Origin: Kondoa subrosea
Lineage: Eukaryota
DNA length: 64,000 bases
Assembly (NCBI GenBank): GCA_039545335.1
Contig: BCIN01000002.1
Coordinates: 620,001-684,000 of the forward strand
Direction: 5' to 3'
Positions 12,697 through 25,248 of this stretch are shown here, in pieces; position 1 is the first letter of the stretch, and each line of letters begins with the position of its first letter. The notes beneath the pieces were generated by a model. It did no database searches and was not told the origin of the DNA. It saw only the letters and a list, made by a program, of their open reading frames with translations. Made by a program: the position numbers and the translations under genes.

Positions 12697-14946
12697 ATGC
12701 AGCGGAACAGGATTGTCGAATCGGAGAAAGGCGAGCAGCAACAGCAATTCGAATACAAAGATGGTGGGCTTGCAAGGGAGTTCGTTGATGAGTGAGGGAT
12801 CTATTTTCGGGGTTTTCCAAGCGGATTTTATGCTGATGCTTTTGTCTCTGCAAGAGAACGTATACGCAAATCACTGCTTTGGAAACTGGATGTTAGAATC
12901 ATACCTGCTTTCGCTATACTTTTCTTGCTATCGTTTAGTACGTCTTGCATGCTTTGCCCCGCTTTGTGAGCTAAATGCTCCACAGTTGATCGTACAAACA
13001 TCGTACGCGCTCAGATCTCCTGCGGCTTTCCAGCGCGGAGCTGACTGTTACTTGCAGGGAAATGCAAAGGTTCTGGGTTTGCAAAAAGTGAGCTGTCATG
13101 CATAACTCTTGGTTAAGAGTACTAAGCTAGCTTTCCAGGATCTCAAATTGTCGCAACATGAATACCAAGTAGCCTTGGCTGGTGAGCTACTTGACATCTG
13201 TTTTCGTATCCAGCTGATTTCTCCGTTGTCTGCCGCCAGTGTACTACTTGTTCTATATTCTAGTAGAGCTGCCGTCCAATCTGATTGTCCGAAGTAAGAC
13301 GCTCTGCTGGTTGGTTTGTAGCATGAAACCTAATACAAGATCTTTTTCTCGTCTGCAGAAGTCGGAGCGGCCTGGTGGTTATCTGGTATCACTGCCGCAT
13401 GGGGAATCTGCAGTCTCGGCATAGCCTTTGTCCAAGATTTTACTGGCTTGACGATTGCAAGGTGAGTTCGGAAATTTTACTTTACTTCGGGTTCTGATCT
13501 CGCTGTACAGAGTGTTTCTGGGTATTACTGAAGGAGGATTACTACCTGGTATCGTTCTTCACCTTACAACTATCTATACGCGACGAGAAGTGGCGATAAG
13601 GTCGGTCTTCAATTCGGTCATAGTGGGAAACAAGCTGAATGGAACTCAGGATGGGTCTAATCTATGCTTCTGCCTCTCTGTCTGGCGCTTTTGGGGGTCT
13701 TTTGGCCAGAGGATTGTACGCAATCGGTCCACGTGCAAGTCTTGACGCTGGCTGGTCAGTCTGCTCCATCTACTCAATCTCCAAGCTTACAAGTCGTCTA
13801 GGCGCTTTATCTTCCTTATTGAAGGGCTGATAACGGTCCTCCTGGCTGTTGGCTGCTATTTCCTCATTCCAAACAATATTAAGACTGCAAAATTCCTCAC
13901 TGAAGAAGAACGCGAATACGGATTATCAAGATTACCGCACTCGACAGAGAAGTTCAGCTGGGGCGAAGTCAAAAGAGGATTGCTGTCGCTTCAAATGTGG
14001 CTTTCGGCCACCGCTTACTTCTGTATTCTTACCGCACTGTACAGCTTCGGTCTCTTCCTTCCGACCATTATCACCGGATTGGGCACATATACAGCCGTAG
14101 AAGCGCAACTCTATTCTGTGTTAGTGTTCTCTTCCTGCAGAGTATCGCGTGAGCTCATGCCTACCGTTTATCTACAGACCGCCTTGTGAGTACCCATTAC
14201 ATGCTACTCCAGTCGATCATCTCATGATCCTGCTCAGATGCCGTTGCATGTGTATGCACTGTCGCTTATGCCTACCTATCTGATCGGCTTCAACTTCGAG
14301 GAATCCTGATGTTGTTTTCTCTACCGATTGCAATCGTCGGCTATGCTGTGATTGCGAACGTCGGCAACGTGCATGTGAAGTATGGTATGACCTTCTTAAT
14401 GGCAGTAGGGGTAAGTTGCAACTCGACAATTATTCTGGTCAAGCGCTGACGAGCCCATAGCTCTACTCTTCAGTGCCATGCATTCTGGTTTGGCTATCTG
14501 GCAATGCTTCAGCTCATTACAAGCGAGCGACTGTCTCCGCAACACAATTAGCAATTGCAAACTCTGGGTAAGCGATTCCATGGAGATTATTTTATGTATG
14601 CTTACGAAATTTGTAATTTGCAGAGGTTTCCCTGCAGTCTTCTTGTATCCGGCTAGTGAAAGGGCTTCCGGGTTCCACAAGTCTCACACAGTTCTGGTTG
14701 GACTGCTATGTACGTCTATGTTAGTCGAGATGAGAAAACCGTAGACTGATATCGAAACAGGCTATGCTTGGGTCGCTTTGGCTCTGAATGTACTATACTG
14801 CAACTACAAGAACAAAGCCAAGAGAGCAGGAAAATACGACAAGTTTGCGGACTGTGAAGATGATCGTCACCCAGATTTCATGATGACTGTGAGTGCTGCA
14901 AGTTTCGCGGCAAGGGCATCGTGCTGAATCTCGCTTGTAGCTGTGA
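12697..14946 (+). CDS. MFS permease of the anion:cation symporter / TNA1-DAL5 (nicotinate/allantoate) type; many short exons including an 8-nt exon at 14178-14185
   Basis: Spliced: LLWKLDVRIIPAFAILFLLSF-DRTNI-GNAKVLGLQKDL, VELPSNLIV, RVFLGITEGGLLPG, SGAFGGLLA, FLPTII, ADRLQLRG, DDRHPDF. Confidence 0.9.
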
Positions 14947-15145
14947 TGTGATTGAATGGCATTAATTCCCTGAGATAGGCTGTCTTTCTAGTCGTTCTGT
15001 AAAGTCATGCATCGACCGCAGTATATGTTGCGGTAGCCCATTTCGCTCAGTTCTTACATTGCTTACGTAATCGAAGCCGTTGTCGCTTTGAAATGCTTAG
15101 TGCAATACCGCGATCGCCTCAGCTAGCTCTCTCTTCGATTGCTCA

Positions 15146-15181
15146 TGGCTCACGATAGACTGGCTCACGATAGACTGGCTC
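15146..15181. repeat. Perfect 15-bp tandem repeat (TGGCTCACGATAGAC x2.4) in an intergenic/promoter region
   Basis: Directly visible: tggctcacgatagac tggctcacgatagac tggctc. Confidence 0.9.
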
Positions 15182-15411
15182 CCAGCGTCATCTCTCGATG
15201 TGACCCGTGGGGAAATTTCGATCCGCTGGAAAGTCCAAGCTCGTATCGTCTGCTTGTTGTGAGCCGATTACGCTATACAAAGCGTCAAGACACTTGCTAG
15301 ACATGGTCTCTCGCCGCGCACTCGTCGGTCCAGCACAAGCCTTGTTTTGGTCTCCTATCTTTGAAATCTCGAGCCTAACTTTCCAGCTTCTCTTGTTCTC
15401 TGTACTGTACA

Positions 15412-16551
15412 ATGCTCAAGGTACTACACTCATTCGGTCAGAAGAGACCAGACAAGGAAGGCAGGAGACATCTGCTGGAGAAATCGGATAGCGAGCAGCA
15501 ACAGCAGCAAAAGACCCATGCACCTCAACCTACTCGCGTCAGATTGGCATCCATAGAACCAGACAGGAAGAACATCCTAGCCAAAATGAAAGCTACCGAG
15601 CACAGTACACGCGCGAACAAGAAGGGCAATGAATCAGCTCAGCAGATCTTACAAGTCTTAGCTGGCGATTCTGATAGCAATCCCAACTTGAGGAAGCTTA
15701 AGACAGAGCTACAATCACCAAAGAACGCTCGTCGCATCATTGAACAGCTCAAGGTTCTTCCATTACCAGAGGCGACTATTGATCATCAACCAGCTCGCGC
15801 AATATGTCTCGACGAATCAGACGGCATTTCCCAATCTTCTTCCAAAGGCAATGCATCAGCTATGATCACTCTCATCTCTTCCATACCCTCTGCAGCAACG
15901 GTCGTGACTTCTGCAGCCATCAAGACTGGAGCTCTCGACAATTTGGCAACTGTTTCGGGCGCATTGATTAAACATGATCCCAATATGACTGTTGCTCTCG
16001 ATCGAATGACTCTTTTATTGTGAGATTCTTTCCATCACTTGTTACTTAATGCTGATCTCGTACCCAGATATTGGTACGATTGGTTCATCAGTACAGTAAA
16101 GATAGCTGACGTCTATTTCAGGTGGGGATACGAATTAACTCTTCCACCAGCATCGATGAAGCTCTTGACCGCGGCACATTCGGCCACTTCGACAGTCTTT
16201 TCCTTCTTGCAAGTGGTTGTGATGAGCGGTGGTGCACCAGAACTGGCTCCCTTCATTCGATATCTGAGCATGTAAGTATATGTGTTGAGTTGGCAGCTTC
16301 ATGAGCTTAGGATTGGCAGGTATGTTGATATGGAAATGAAGAGTATCAGCGCGCAGGTGAGCTATTACCAATGCCGTGATAATATAGCAATGCTCATCAA
16401 AGCTGGACATACAAAGGACAAAGGCGAAGGCGTTTGTCTAGCAGCAACTTGGAGTGAGGTCTCTCTTTCTACCCATCCCTTTCGCTAAGAATGTATTCAG
16501 TTTTGCCAATAGCAATTGTTCCAAGGCCTTGGGACTTCCCAAGCGGCGTGA
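15412..16551 (+). CDS. Hypothetical protein, no recognised family; about 5 exons
   Basis: 203-codon first ORF followed by GT-AG introns that continue in frame (YWYDWFISTVK..., YVDMEMKSISAQ, GEGVCLAATWSE, QLFQGLGTSQAA*). Confidence 0.55.
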
Positions 16552-16647
16552 ATTAGGGTTACTTTCTCAATTAAATTATCGTGATTCGTTCATTTGTACA
16601 GCATACTTTTTATACAAATAATACACATCGCAAATGTCCACAATAGC

Positions 16648-18643
16648 TCAAGAAGCAGTCTGAGATGCGCTCGGCCTTCTTCGTCGGTTAGCAACATAAC
16701 GCCTGAATCTACCTGCTGTTGAGGTACTTGTCGTCGTCCCGTTCGTAGCTTCTCTCGCATGATCGCCACCTTCCTCGTTTGTTGATCCTCTTGTGTTACT
16801 TCTCTGTCTCATTCGAGCGAACAGCGATTGCCTAGGCACTTCATTATTCGCGCCCAAATCCAATTCTTCCTCCACGACGGGCGCATCTCCACTTAGATCC
16901 AATCGACACAAAGGACATACTGAAGATACGCCAAGCAACCATTCATCAACGCAAGCCATGTGGAAAGCATGTCGACTATCGCAAGGTAAGATTCGCAAAT
17001 CTTCTCCCTCTTGGAAATCTTCTACGCAGATAGGGCATGATCTTGCGTTGTCTACATCTTCTGGTGCTGGCAATGGAGAAACCGTTGTATTGACAACAGG
17101 TGCAGAGTGGGAAGTAGGAGAAGGTTGAGCTTCTGTACTTTCTTGTGTGTTCTCTTCGATTGGAAGAATAGCAGGAGCAGGTACAACCCGGGTCGAACCA
17201 TATTCCAGATCTTGCATTTCTACTTGAGAGTCAACGTCTTTTGCTTGTTGTTGGTCATCCGCTGCGTTGTTGTTATTGTCATTCGACCGGAACTTGACTA
17301 CGGCAAAAGTGTCCAATACAGCTCGAGTCAGACCTCTTGCTCGAGTTTGTCTTGCAGCTCCCGGTCCATGACCTGCTGCTCGAGGTCCATAACGTTCTGG
17401 ATGTCTAATTGCTTTAATGGCCTGAGAAACAACATAATCAGCCTTCGTTATTGAGTATGTCCGATCTAGCTTACTCCACTCAAGATGACTACCAGGAAGA
17501 GTAGAGTAACACAGGCCGTTGCAGAATAAAGCACCTGCCGACCTTCATCAGCCAAAATTCCAACAGCGCGAGAAGCTTTTTTGGGCTTACAATCATAGCT
17601 AATCCAGTTGAAGGACCTCCTCCACCGCCATTTTGATTTCCATTCCCGTTCGCTCCTCCGCCTCCGCCTGATCCAAGAGTAGAATTCTGAGCGAAAACGG
17701 TTTGCTTATTCGCCAATACCGCAATCAGATATGCAGCGCCAGCAGAAGAAGTAGCTTGAGCTGCTGAATTAGTAGTTGAAGGATTAGCTTGTCTTTTGAC
17801 CAAAGAAGAAGAGGAAGCTATAGAAACTAAATCGTTTGCTGTTGGCGAGAGATCAGTCGGATCTGAAAAATCGGTAGTTGAAGAAGGGTTAGGATCTGCG
17901 ATTGTTGTTGGGCTAATTGGATCTGATATAGTTGTACCGCTGATAGAAGCACTGGATGAAGCTATTGTAGCTGGATCAAGGTAAAGAGTATTGTTCAAAG
18001 CGTTCCAAATTGCATCGGTTGAAGCATTGAGTAAACCGGAGTTATAATAATAAGAAGTCTTGTCTACATTGATAAATTGCGAATCGATAAGAAGAGCTGA
18101 TTGCCGTGAAGTAGTCGAATACACATCGAGCGGTTTCTCAAAGTTCTGAATATAGTCCGGATTCATCAAGCAAGCCGCACTGGTGGTGGAATAGAGTAGG
18201 GCTGCTATTGCACCGCGATCTCTTGCTAGTGTAAAGACATCGTCCGTGTCTGAAGAGACTGTTCCATTCGAGTCGCATGATATGAGAGCCACGAAGGGCG
18301 CGGTAGTTGCTCCTCCTGTTGCGTTGGCTTCTGTGAAGTGAACCAGCGCACCACGAGCTGCATATTGTGTGCCAGTTTGGGTTGAATTATCAGCGATTAG
18401 TTGCCTGCCAGTCAGCAGATTGTTCAGCATGGCGTGGAGTCATTGATTTCTTGTTGAGACTGACCTGCTAATGCTGTCTCGGTACAAGCCCATACGCTGT
18501 GCATATCCCACCCATTGCAGCTGTATGAAATCGTCGGATGAATTGAGCACTGTTGAATCATTTGTCGGCGAAGAGGGGATATAGGCCAACACAGCGTTGC
18601 CAGCTATAGCCAGCCAGACGGCGGCGTGTATGTATGCCAGCAT
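16648..18643 (-). CDS. Signal peptide + PA-like luminal domain + TM + RING-H2 E3 ubiquitin ligase (fungal PA-TM-RING type)
   Basis: Signal peptide MLAYIHAAVWLAIAGNAVLA; VALISCD...ALLYS; TM after STGLAM; RHPERYGPR; RING-H2 CPICVEDF..LRILPC..HAFH..CVDEWL....CPLCR. Confidence 0.9.
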
Positions 18644-19215
18644 TGCCAGAGGTTTGGCAAGAGGGTGGGTATAATTTCCGGTCTTCTTGGGAATCAGTCG
18701 ATGTTCGAGATCACGCTCCAGATAATTCGGGGGCACAACGGTGTGACTTCGGCATCTCTGTCTATTCGAGCATGGGGCGTAAAGGAGGCCCAGCATTATA
18801 ATGCTGTTACAATTTGTCCTCTCCTGCATCCTCAAAGTATCATCGGATGATCAAACTGAGAATCTCTCTGCCCGAAGACATCTCGCCGGGCTTGCGGACT
18901 AATCTGATCTTCTATATCTACTGCTGTTTGTGACAGCTGGGCCTCATTGCGAACAAGGGATTTGAGGCTACCCTTCCTTCGTCAAATCAGTTGCAGATTC
19001 TCTGTGCGCCGACATGAGGCACTCACGAAGTCGAGCCCCTTCATACACACATATAGCGATAGAGGTGCTGTGATCATCCAGTGTGCACCACAGCGGAGTA
19101 TGTCGACATCCTGACCAAAGGAGTCTGCTTTAGCAACAGATCACAAATAGCCTAACACGAGTCTGACGACCACATACGATATAGGTAGACGATAGTCTCG
19201 ACGGCAATAAGAATA

Positions 19216-19606
19216 TCAAAAGTCATCACTCTCTTGACCCTTATTCTGCTGTACATAGTCTTTTGGAATCGTCCCGTCTTGACACCATCGCCGATACAAC
19301 AGCTTGACGCCGATTGATAAGGGCAGTGATTGCTTCAGACTTTCTCCTTTGTCCAGTCTCGCAAGGATCTGATTCGCTGCAGCATTCTTCCTAATTTCAT
19401 CATTTGATTCAAGTAGGTTTTTGAGATCTGCAAAACGATCTTGCACTTGCGGACCGCTGGCCATCCATTCAGGTCCTCCGTTCGAGTGCTCTTCTGCCGT
19501 TCTGGGCTGAGTCTCTTTGAGGGTAACTTGACTGTTTAGGAAAAGTGCAATTTGCACGAACTTCAACACGAGAGCGCGCGCGTAACGTGTTTTCATCATT
19601 TGTCAT
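19216..19606 (-). CDS. Small hypothetical protein (about 110 aa)
   Basis: Open frame 19216-19599; a possible first exon MTNDENT joins in frame through a GTTACG...AACAG intron. Confidence 0.35.
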
Positions 19607-19760
19607 GGACGTCAAGACACAGTCATGCACGCACTGCTTAGACGGTCCGAGAAGCCTTTGCTTCAAAATACCCGAAGGAAGGGCATCGCCTAAGCTGTGC
19701 TTTGTGAAAACTTGATGAGCGAATACCTGGAAGTACATCAGACCAAGACAACGAGGTCTG

Positions 19761-20529
19761 ATGGCTGCTCCTCCTGTCCTTCCTTCAGCCCAATTACCAA
19801 CGACTGACGGACCAGCTCCTCCCACTTCTGCAACCCAAGCCAATCCTACCTCAAATCCAAGTCCTTCCACTCCCACCAATACGCCAATACAATCACCTAG
19901 TACCGAAACGACGACTTCAACAACCTCACAAAGTCCACAAGACAGCCCAACGACACAGAGAACAACTTCCGAGCAAGAATATGATACCACCACAACAGTT
20001 CTTTTCACTCCTAGCACGAGAATAATTCCGACTCGATCAATCGGAGAGCCTAGACCGACAAACAGAGGACCGACGACAAATACTAGCTTAGGCAGCGGAG
20101 CTCTGGCAGCCATTGGCATTTGCAGTGTGTTAGTTGGCTTGCTAGTTCTGACCATGATGTAAGTAGCTTTGAGATATGAAGAAAGGCAAGCTCAGAGTAT
20201 GACACAGATATTACTGTCATAGAAAGAAGAAGCGGGATGACAGAAGAAAGAGAGATGAAACGACATATTACAGCGCACCACCTAGATGGAAAGAGCAAAG
20301 ACCAGTCACGCCTGTCCCTTTGAACCATGATGGCAACTCAATCATGTCTTGGCTTCCTGCTCCGATAGAAGAGAGAAGAAGGAATCGCAAGAGACATAGC
20401 CACCATCATCATAATCGAAGAGCACAGCCGAACTTGGATATTTTGCCAGTAGACTTGCCTTCGACGCTCAGACCAACTTATCAGACCACTGCTGAGGCTA
20501 TTCCGTTTGTCTTTCGCTGCTGCGCATGA
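19761..20529 (+). CDS. Small single-pass membrane protein with Ser/Thr/Pro-rich ectodomain and basic juxtamembrane tail
   Basis: S/T/P-rich stretch, then LGSGALAAIGICSVLVGLLVLTM, a GTAAGT...ACAG intron, then YYCHRKKKR stop-transfer. Confidence 0.6.
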
Positions 20530-20648
20530 TGCTAAACTGATAGAAGGAACAGATACGGACCAGTGTTGGAAAGAAGAGCGCAGGAAGCGAGAGAAAGAAC
20601 GGCGAGGGGTGGAACGCGTCAATCGAGTCGTATATAATGGGCTTGGTT

Positions 20649-23600
20649 TCACAGATCACTTCCATTTTCATGCTGTATGGAGCTTAAGTAATTTGTAAAC
20701 CGTGCTCGGAACTATGACGGAGCACAGAAGTCAGTGATTAATATGTATAGTAGCGTGATCGTACCCCTTTTTCCAACTTTGCGCGACCTTCAGAGAACTG
20801 CACGATGCTGAGCGCAATCTCAAACCATGCTCGAGCATCAGGCCGGTTCGCGAGTTGTAGATCAATAGCACAGTCCCAAGTAATAGCGACAAGCCTGTAC
20901 GATAATTAGCAAGGTGAAAGTTAAGAATGGCACACTAACCATTCAATTTCTTCGCGAGGATAAGAATCCTGTCCTCTGCATGAGAACATACAAAATCAAG
21001 CCTAAAAGTACACACAGTCTTTGATTTAATCAGTGTATGCGCCTGTTGAATGAATTGCAACGCTTGATCTGAATCGCCATTTGTCAATTGTAGCTCTGTG
21101 ATCTGCCGAAGCCAGCGGGCGAAGGTTGCACTGAAGATGAGAGTCAGCTTTAGCGGCCACCTGCAAGAACAACTGACATATCGAGTGCCTTATGCGCCAG
21201 CAAGGCGGATAGGATACTCTGCTCCAGAGATATGTCATTCATACCAGTATCAAAACAGGCTTATGTCCCTCACTTTCAGGCAATCAGATAAAACTGAGCA
21301 GATTGATGAGCTCATCATCCAGAGCGAGAACCGATACAGCTTACGATCAGTAGGTAAGTCTGTGCATCGGCAGACTTGCTCGGCAAGTGAATGCAGTAGT
21401 TTCGTAGAAGATCCGCCATCGGAGGCAGCATTCTGTTGAGAATCAGCAACCTGTTAATTTATGTAGTCCCGCTTACCACAAGAACTTCCTTTGCATCAGT
21501 CCAGTCTTGCTGTTTCAACAGAATTTGAAGCTGATAGTCAACGATCGCATCTGAGATAGCCGGTATAGGCAATGAGGTATGCGCTGAGCGCGATAACAAG
21601 TCTTGTAGTTGTGTGATATGAGTAAGCAGTTCTGACTGAGATCTCAGTCAGAAAGGCGCCGCTGATAGAGAAGGGAGATGACCCACTGCATCGGGTAAAT
21701 TCTCGATTCCAGCACTGAGACATTGCATACAAGCACTGAGTGAAGCAAAGCGACATCGAACGATCCGTTCCGATAGCTCGCTATTGGAGAAATGACCCGA
21801 TTGTTGCACAAGAGCAAAATCAGCAGCAAGATCGAAGAGGATGCCTAAGTGCAGGCCAGGCCAATTCTTCTTGATGCCCTTGACAGCAAGGTTGTATGCT
21901 GTGAAAGGCAATCAATGCAGTAGACACGTAGCGAATCAAATACATACCAGTGATGGAGAGCCATTCAGCGTCATCTGAACGACCTTGGCTCTGATCTGTA
22001 GTTCTCTTTTCCAGCAGCTCTTTGGCTGAACTCGACATCAGCAAAGGCGAGGAGTCAGAATTTACAACATACCTGATACCAGATGCTGTTCGACAACCGC
22101 TAGTCTGCTCCTATGGGAGACTTTAGCTCCGCCTGTACAAATATTGCCATGATTTACTCTATACTGTCATGGTCTGCAGCTTCCAGCTGAGACACAGCCA
22201 AACGAACGAGACATCTACAATTTTTTTTGTTAATAACGCTCTTTGACACTGCAAAGCGTAACCCACCTGATCAAAACCAGTACGTCAACGCTTCCTGGCA
22301 CATTGCCCAGCTTTGTCGCATTATCATAAACTAAAGCAAGCATCTCCTCTAGTAGTCGATTAGATCCAGTCGTTTCAAAATCATACTGCTGCTGAACCGC
22401 TCTAAGAAGCATATCGAACTTGAAATTAGGGGCTTTGACCATCTCCCTAATGGCTTGCATTGCTGGTTGCTCATCACCCGATAGACCATGAGCGAGAAAT
22501 AGGATATAACATGTGCAGGCATCTGATTTTAGTGAAGGTTTGTTCATCAACAAATCTTTGGCCAGCTGATATTCTTGTTGATGCAATGCGCAAATGGCCG
22601 CTTTCCGATAAGCTTTAGGGAAAGTAGAGGAAGAGAGGAGTGAGAAGAGTGGGTTTGTGGTTGTGAGCATGAACCATCGTCTGGCTGTTTCGAAATCTTC
22701 TTGGGCTATTGATTTATCGCCTAGTGACCAGAGCAGGGATTGGCAAGCAAGACATGACTCGGACGACAAGTGAAAGCCGGTATCTATCTCTGTAAGTCTT
22801 TGGATAGCCGATTCTATCGCAGCAACATCCTTGTAGGTGGAAAGAAAGATCAAGGTAAGTAAAGCTGTTCCGACCAGTTCTTGCAAGTGCTGAAGCTTTG
22901 TACCGGTATCGAGCAGGGTAACGATCACAACAGTGAGAATGTCGAGTTTTTGAGCTTTCTGTGAATCGGGTAGGGAGTAAATGTTAGAAAGAAGCTTATC
23001 AAGACATTCTCTTTCGTTGGGGTCCAAATTCGACGCTGCGAGTTGGAACGCTTCCGATACCACTGCTTGACCGGATTTCCTGGTAATGGCAACAACAATT
23101 TTGCGTTGATAGAGTTTGAAGGATGGAGATATAGCTAGAATCTGGTCAATGGCAGCGTCTGCAAGTTCAGCATTCTTCGGAATGGTAGATGAGGTATGCA
23201 GGTATGCGCTGGCTGGAAGTCTGATCATCAGATCAAATAGGCTCGCTGACCAGCGATGTCTTACCAAGAAGCTTGAGACTTTGAGTCCTCAGTTTGGTTA
23301 GTTTGAATCGAGCTTTGTCCGATGAGGAAGCCGAATTGCTTGAAGTTGTTCTACTATCCGAGTCATCGCTCAGCAGCAGCAAAGGTCCATCGAGCAGCCA
23401 TGTAATAGCTTTCTCAGCTTGCTTCATGCTCGAATCCGTTTTCCCCTTTTCGGCCGAATCCAATAACGACTTGGCATAATTGAAAGTTCGCATAATGAGC
23501 ATCTCCAATTCTGCAACGCCGCAGTAAGATCGGAGAGCAAGAGCTTGCTTCATCATATATTCCGTCAAAGCCTCATTACGCTGAGCCAAAGCAAGATCTG

Positions 23601-24284
23601 CGCGAGCTAGGTAATAGCGAAGAACAACATGATTTGCTGACTCTTGATTCGATCCGAGGTCATTAAGCGCTGAAAGGTGACCTGCAGCTCGAGTGAAAGC
23701 TTCTTCGGCTTGATCGTGTTTCGATGCAGCTGTAGTCGCGGTCTCAGTCGAATGATTTTGGTCAAAAGGACAGCACTCACCGCTCAGAGCAGCTCCAGCT
23801 TTCGTACACAGCTCAAGCAAGCGGGTGAGTTCTGATTCTGACTTAGCCTCGCAACGAAGAAGTAGGTCCAGGTACTTACCGCTTGATGTGTATTGAGTCG
23901 AAGTTATGCCAGATTCGATAAGAAGACTTCCAGCTCGACGTACTGCCAATATCATAAGCTAGCGAATCACGACACAGCTAGAGAAAGAGAAGTCTCACAA
24001 GCTGCAACCACAGAAAGCAGTTCTGAGTCTGCTTGACCAGTACCGTCCGTGCAACTGCCTCGAAGCACAGTAGACCGATTCCAATAGTTGACACCTTTCG
24101 CATCAAACCAATCCAGATGCTGTAACAGCACGCTAGTCTCTCGAGTTGCTGCCAATTTCCGATACGCGTTTAATCTGTCATGCAAAGCGTTGGCTTGCCT
24201 CACTGCGTCCCTTGATTGCTCTGCTAGAAGCGCTGTATCGACCTCTTCAGCCAAGGCCTGAATGGCTTGGTAGACTTTCTGCAT
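20649..24284 (-). CDS. SPO22: Meiosis-specific TPR protein Spo22/Zip4 (TEX11 ortholog)
   Basis: FDAKGVNYWN near the N-terminus, DAEWLSIT-AYNLAV, CQSLLWSLG..ARRWF..RKAAIC and C-terminal YPREEIEWLVAITWD..ARAWFEIAL, all typical of Spo22/ZIP4. Confidence 0.82.
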
Positions 24285-24445
24285 GGATTCGTGATTGCAA
24301 GCAAAGATTCGATGTCCCTTTGTGTTTTTCATGGCTCGTCTTGAAGCGCTGAGCTTGAACTTCTCTTCGCTGTAAACGACCGTAAACACCTTCATTTGCT
24401 CGCTAAGTTCGCATTTCCTGCTGGAGAGCCAGAACATTTCAAACA

Positions 24446-25231
24446 ATGTCTGCTCAGGCAAGTGCGAGAAGACTCTATGAGCTAGATCTGGAAGATATCA
24501 TCGCATTCCCAGAAATGGGTCAGCATCATAGCTGCAAATGATCAGTAACAGCTAAATTGCTGAGATTAGGTCACATGCCGGCGAATGCTGCGAGCATAGG
24601 CGATACTTGGGTCATTCTTTGTGAAATCACCGGCGAGCAATCATGGTTACGACCTGTCTATTCTATAAAAGATAAGAGTGAGACAACTTTGGTATCGCGG
24701 CCTTTGTATGTCTTGGAAGTGTTTCCAACATCATTTCACCTTGCTAAAGATTGGATTCATAGTACACCGATGATCCAGCTACTGACGCGAGAAAGTGTCG
24801 CGTTGGCGGCTTGATCTGCCTTGAAGAAGCTCAAATGCACTTCTTCATTGACGGCCAACATGGGTTTCGCATAGAAGACATGTCTAAAGTTACAGTGAGT
24901 ATAAGCATCGACCTTCTACAAGCGTATGATCTGATTTAGATGTCGTCAGATCTTACCTTGCAACATTGCCCGTCTGCGAGAGCTCAATGCTAGACTCGTG
25001 ACAAGATCAGCTAATGAAGATCGAACATGTATTGTTTGCCGAAAAGCGACTACCTCAGCATGTGAGAAGTGCAAGACTCGATATTGCTCGTCGGTACGTG
25101 CTCGAGCGCTCTCCGAAATGCGCTACTGAAGAGAGATCTAGGTATGCCAACGGAGCGATTTTCCGAAGCACAAGGACGACTGTTTAGCTATCAAGACCCT
25201 GAGAAAGTGGTCAAAGGTGGAAGCGTGGTGA
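24446..25231 (+). CDS. MYND-type zinc-finger protein
   Basis: Spliced C-terminus CIVCRKATTSACEKCKTRYCSS-VCQRSDFPKHKDDC; upstream HFFIDGQHGFRIED. Confidence 0.75.
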
Positions 25232-25248
25232 TAGCAATGCATAGTACT

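Noticed and set aside
19469..20155. 228-aa Val/Gly-rich minus-strand ORF
   Set aside because: Antisense shadow of the Thr/Pro-rich plus-strand gene.
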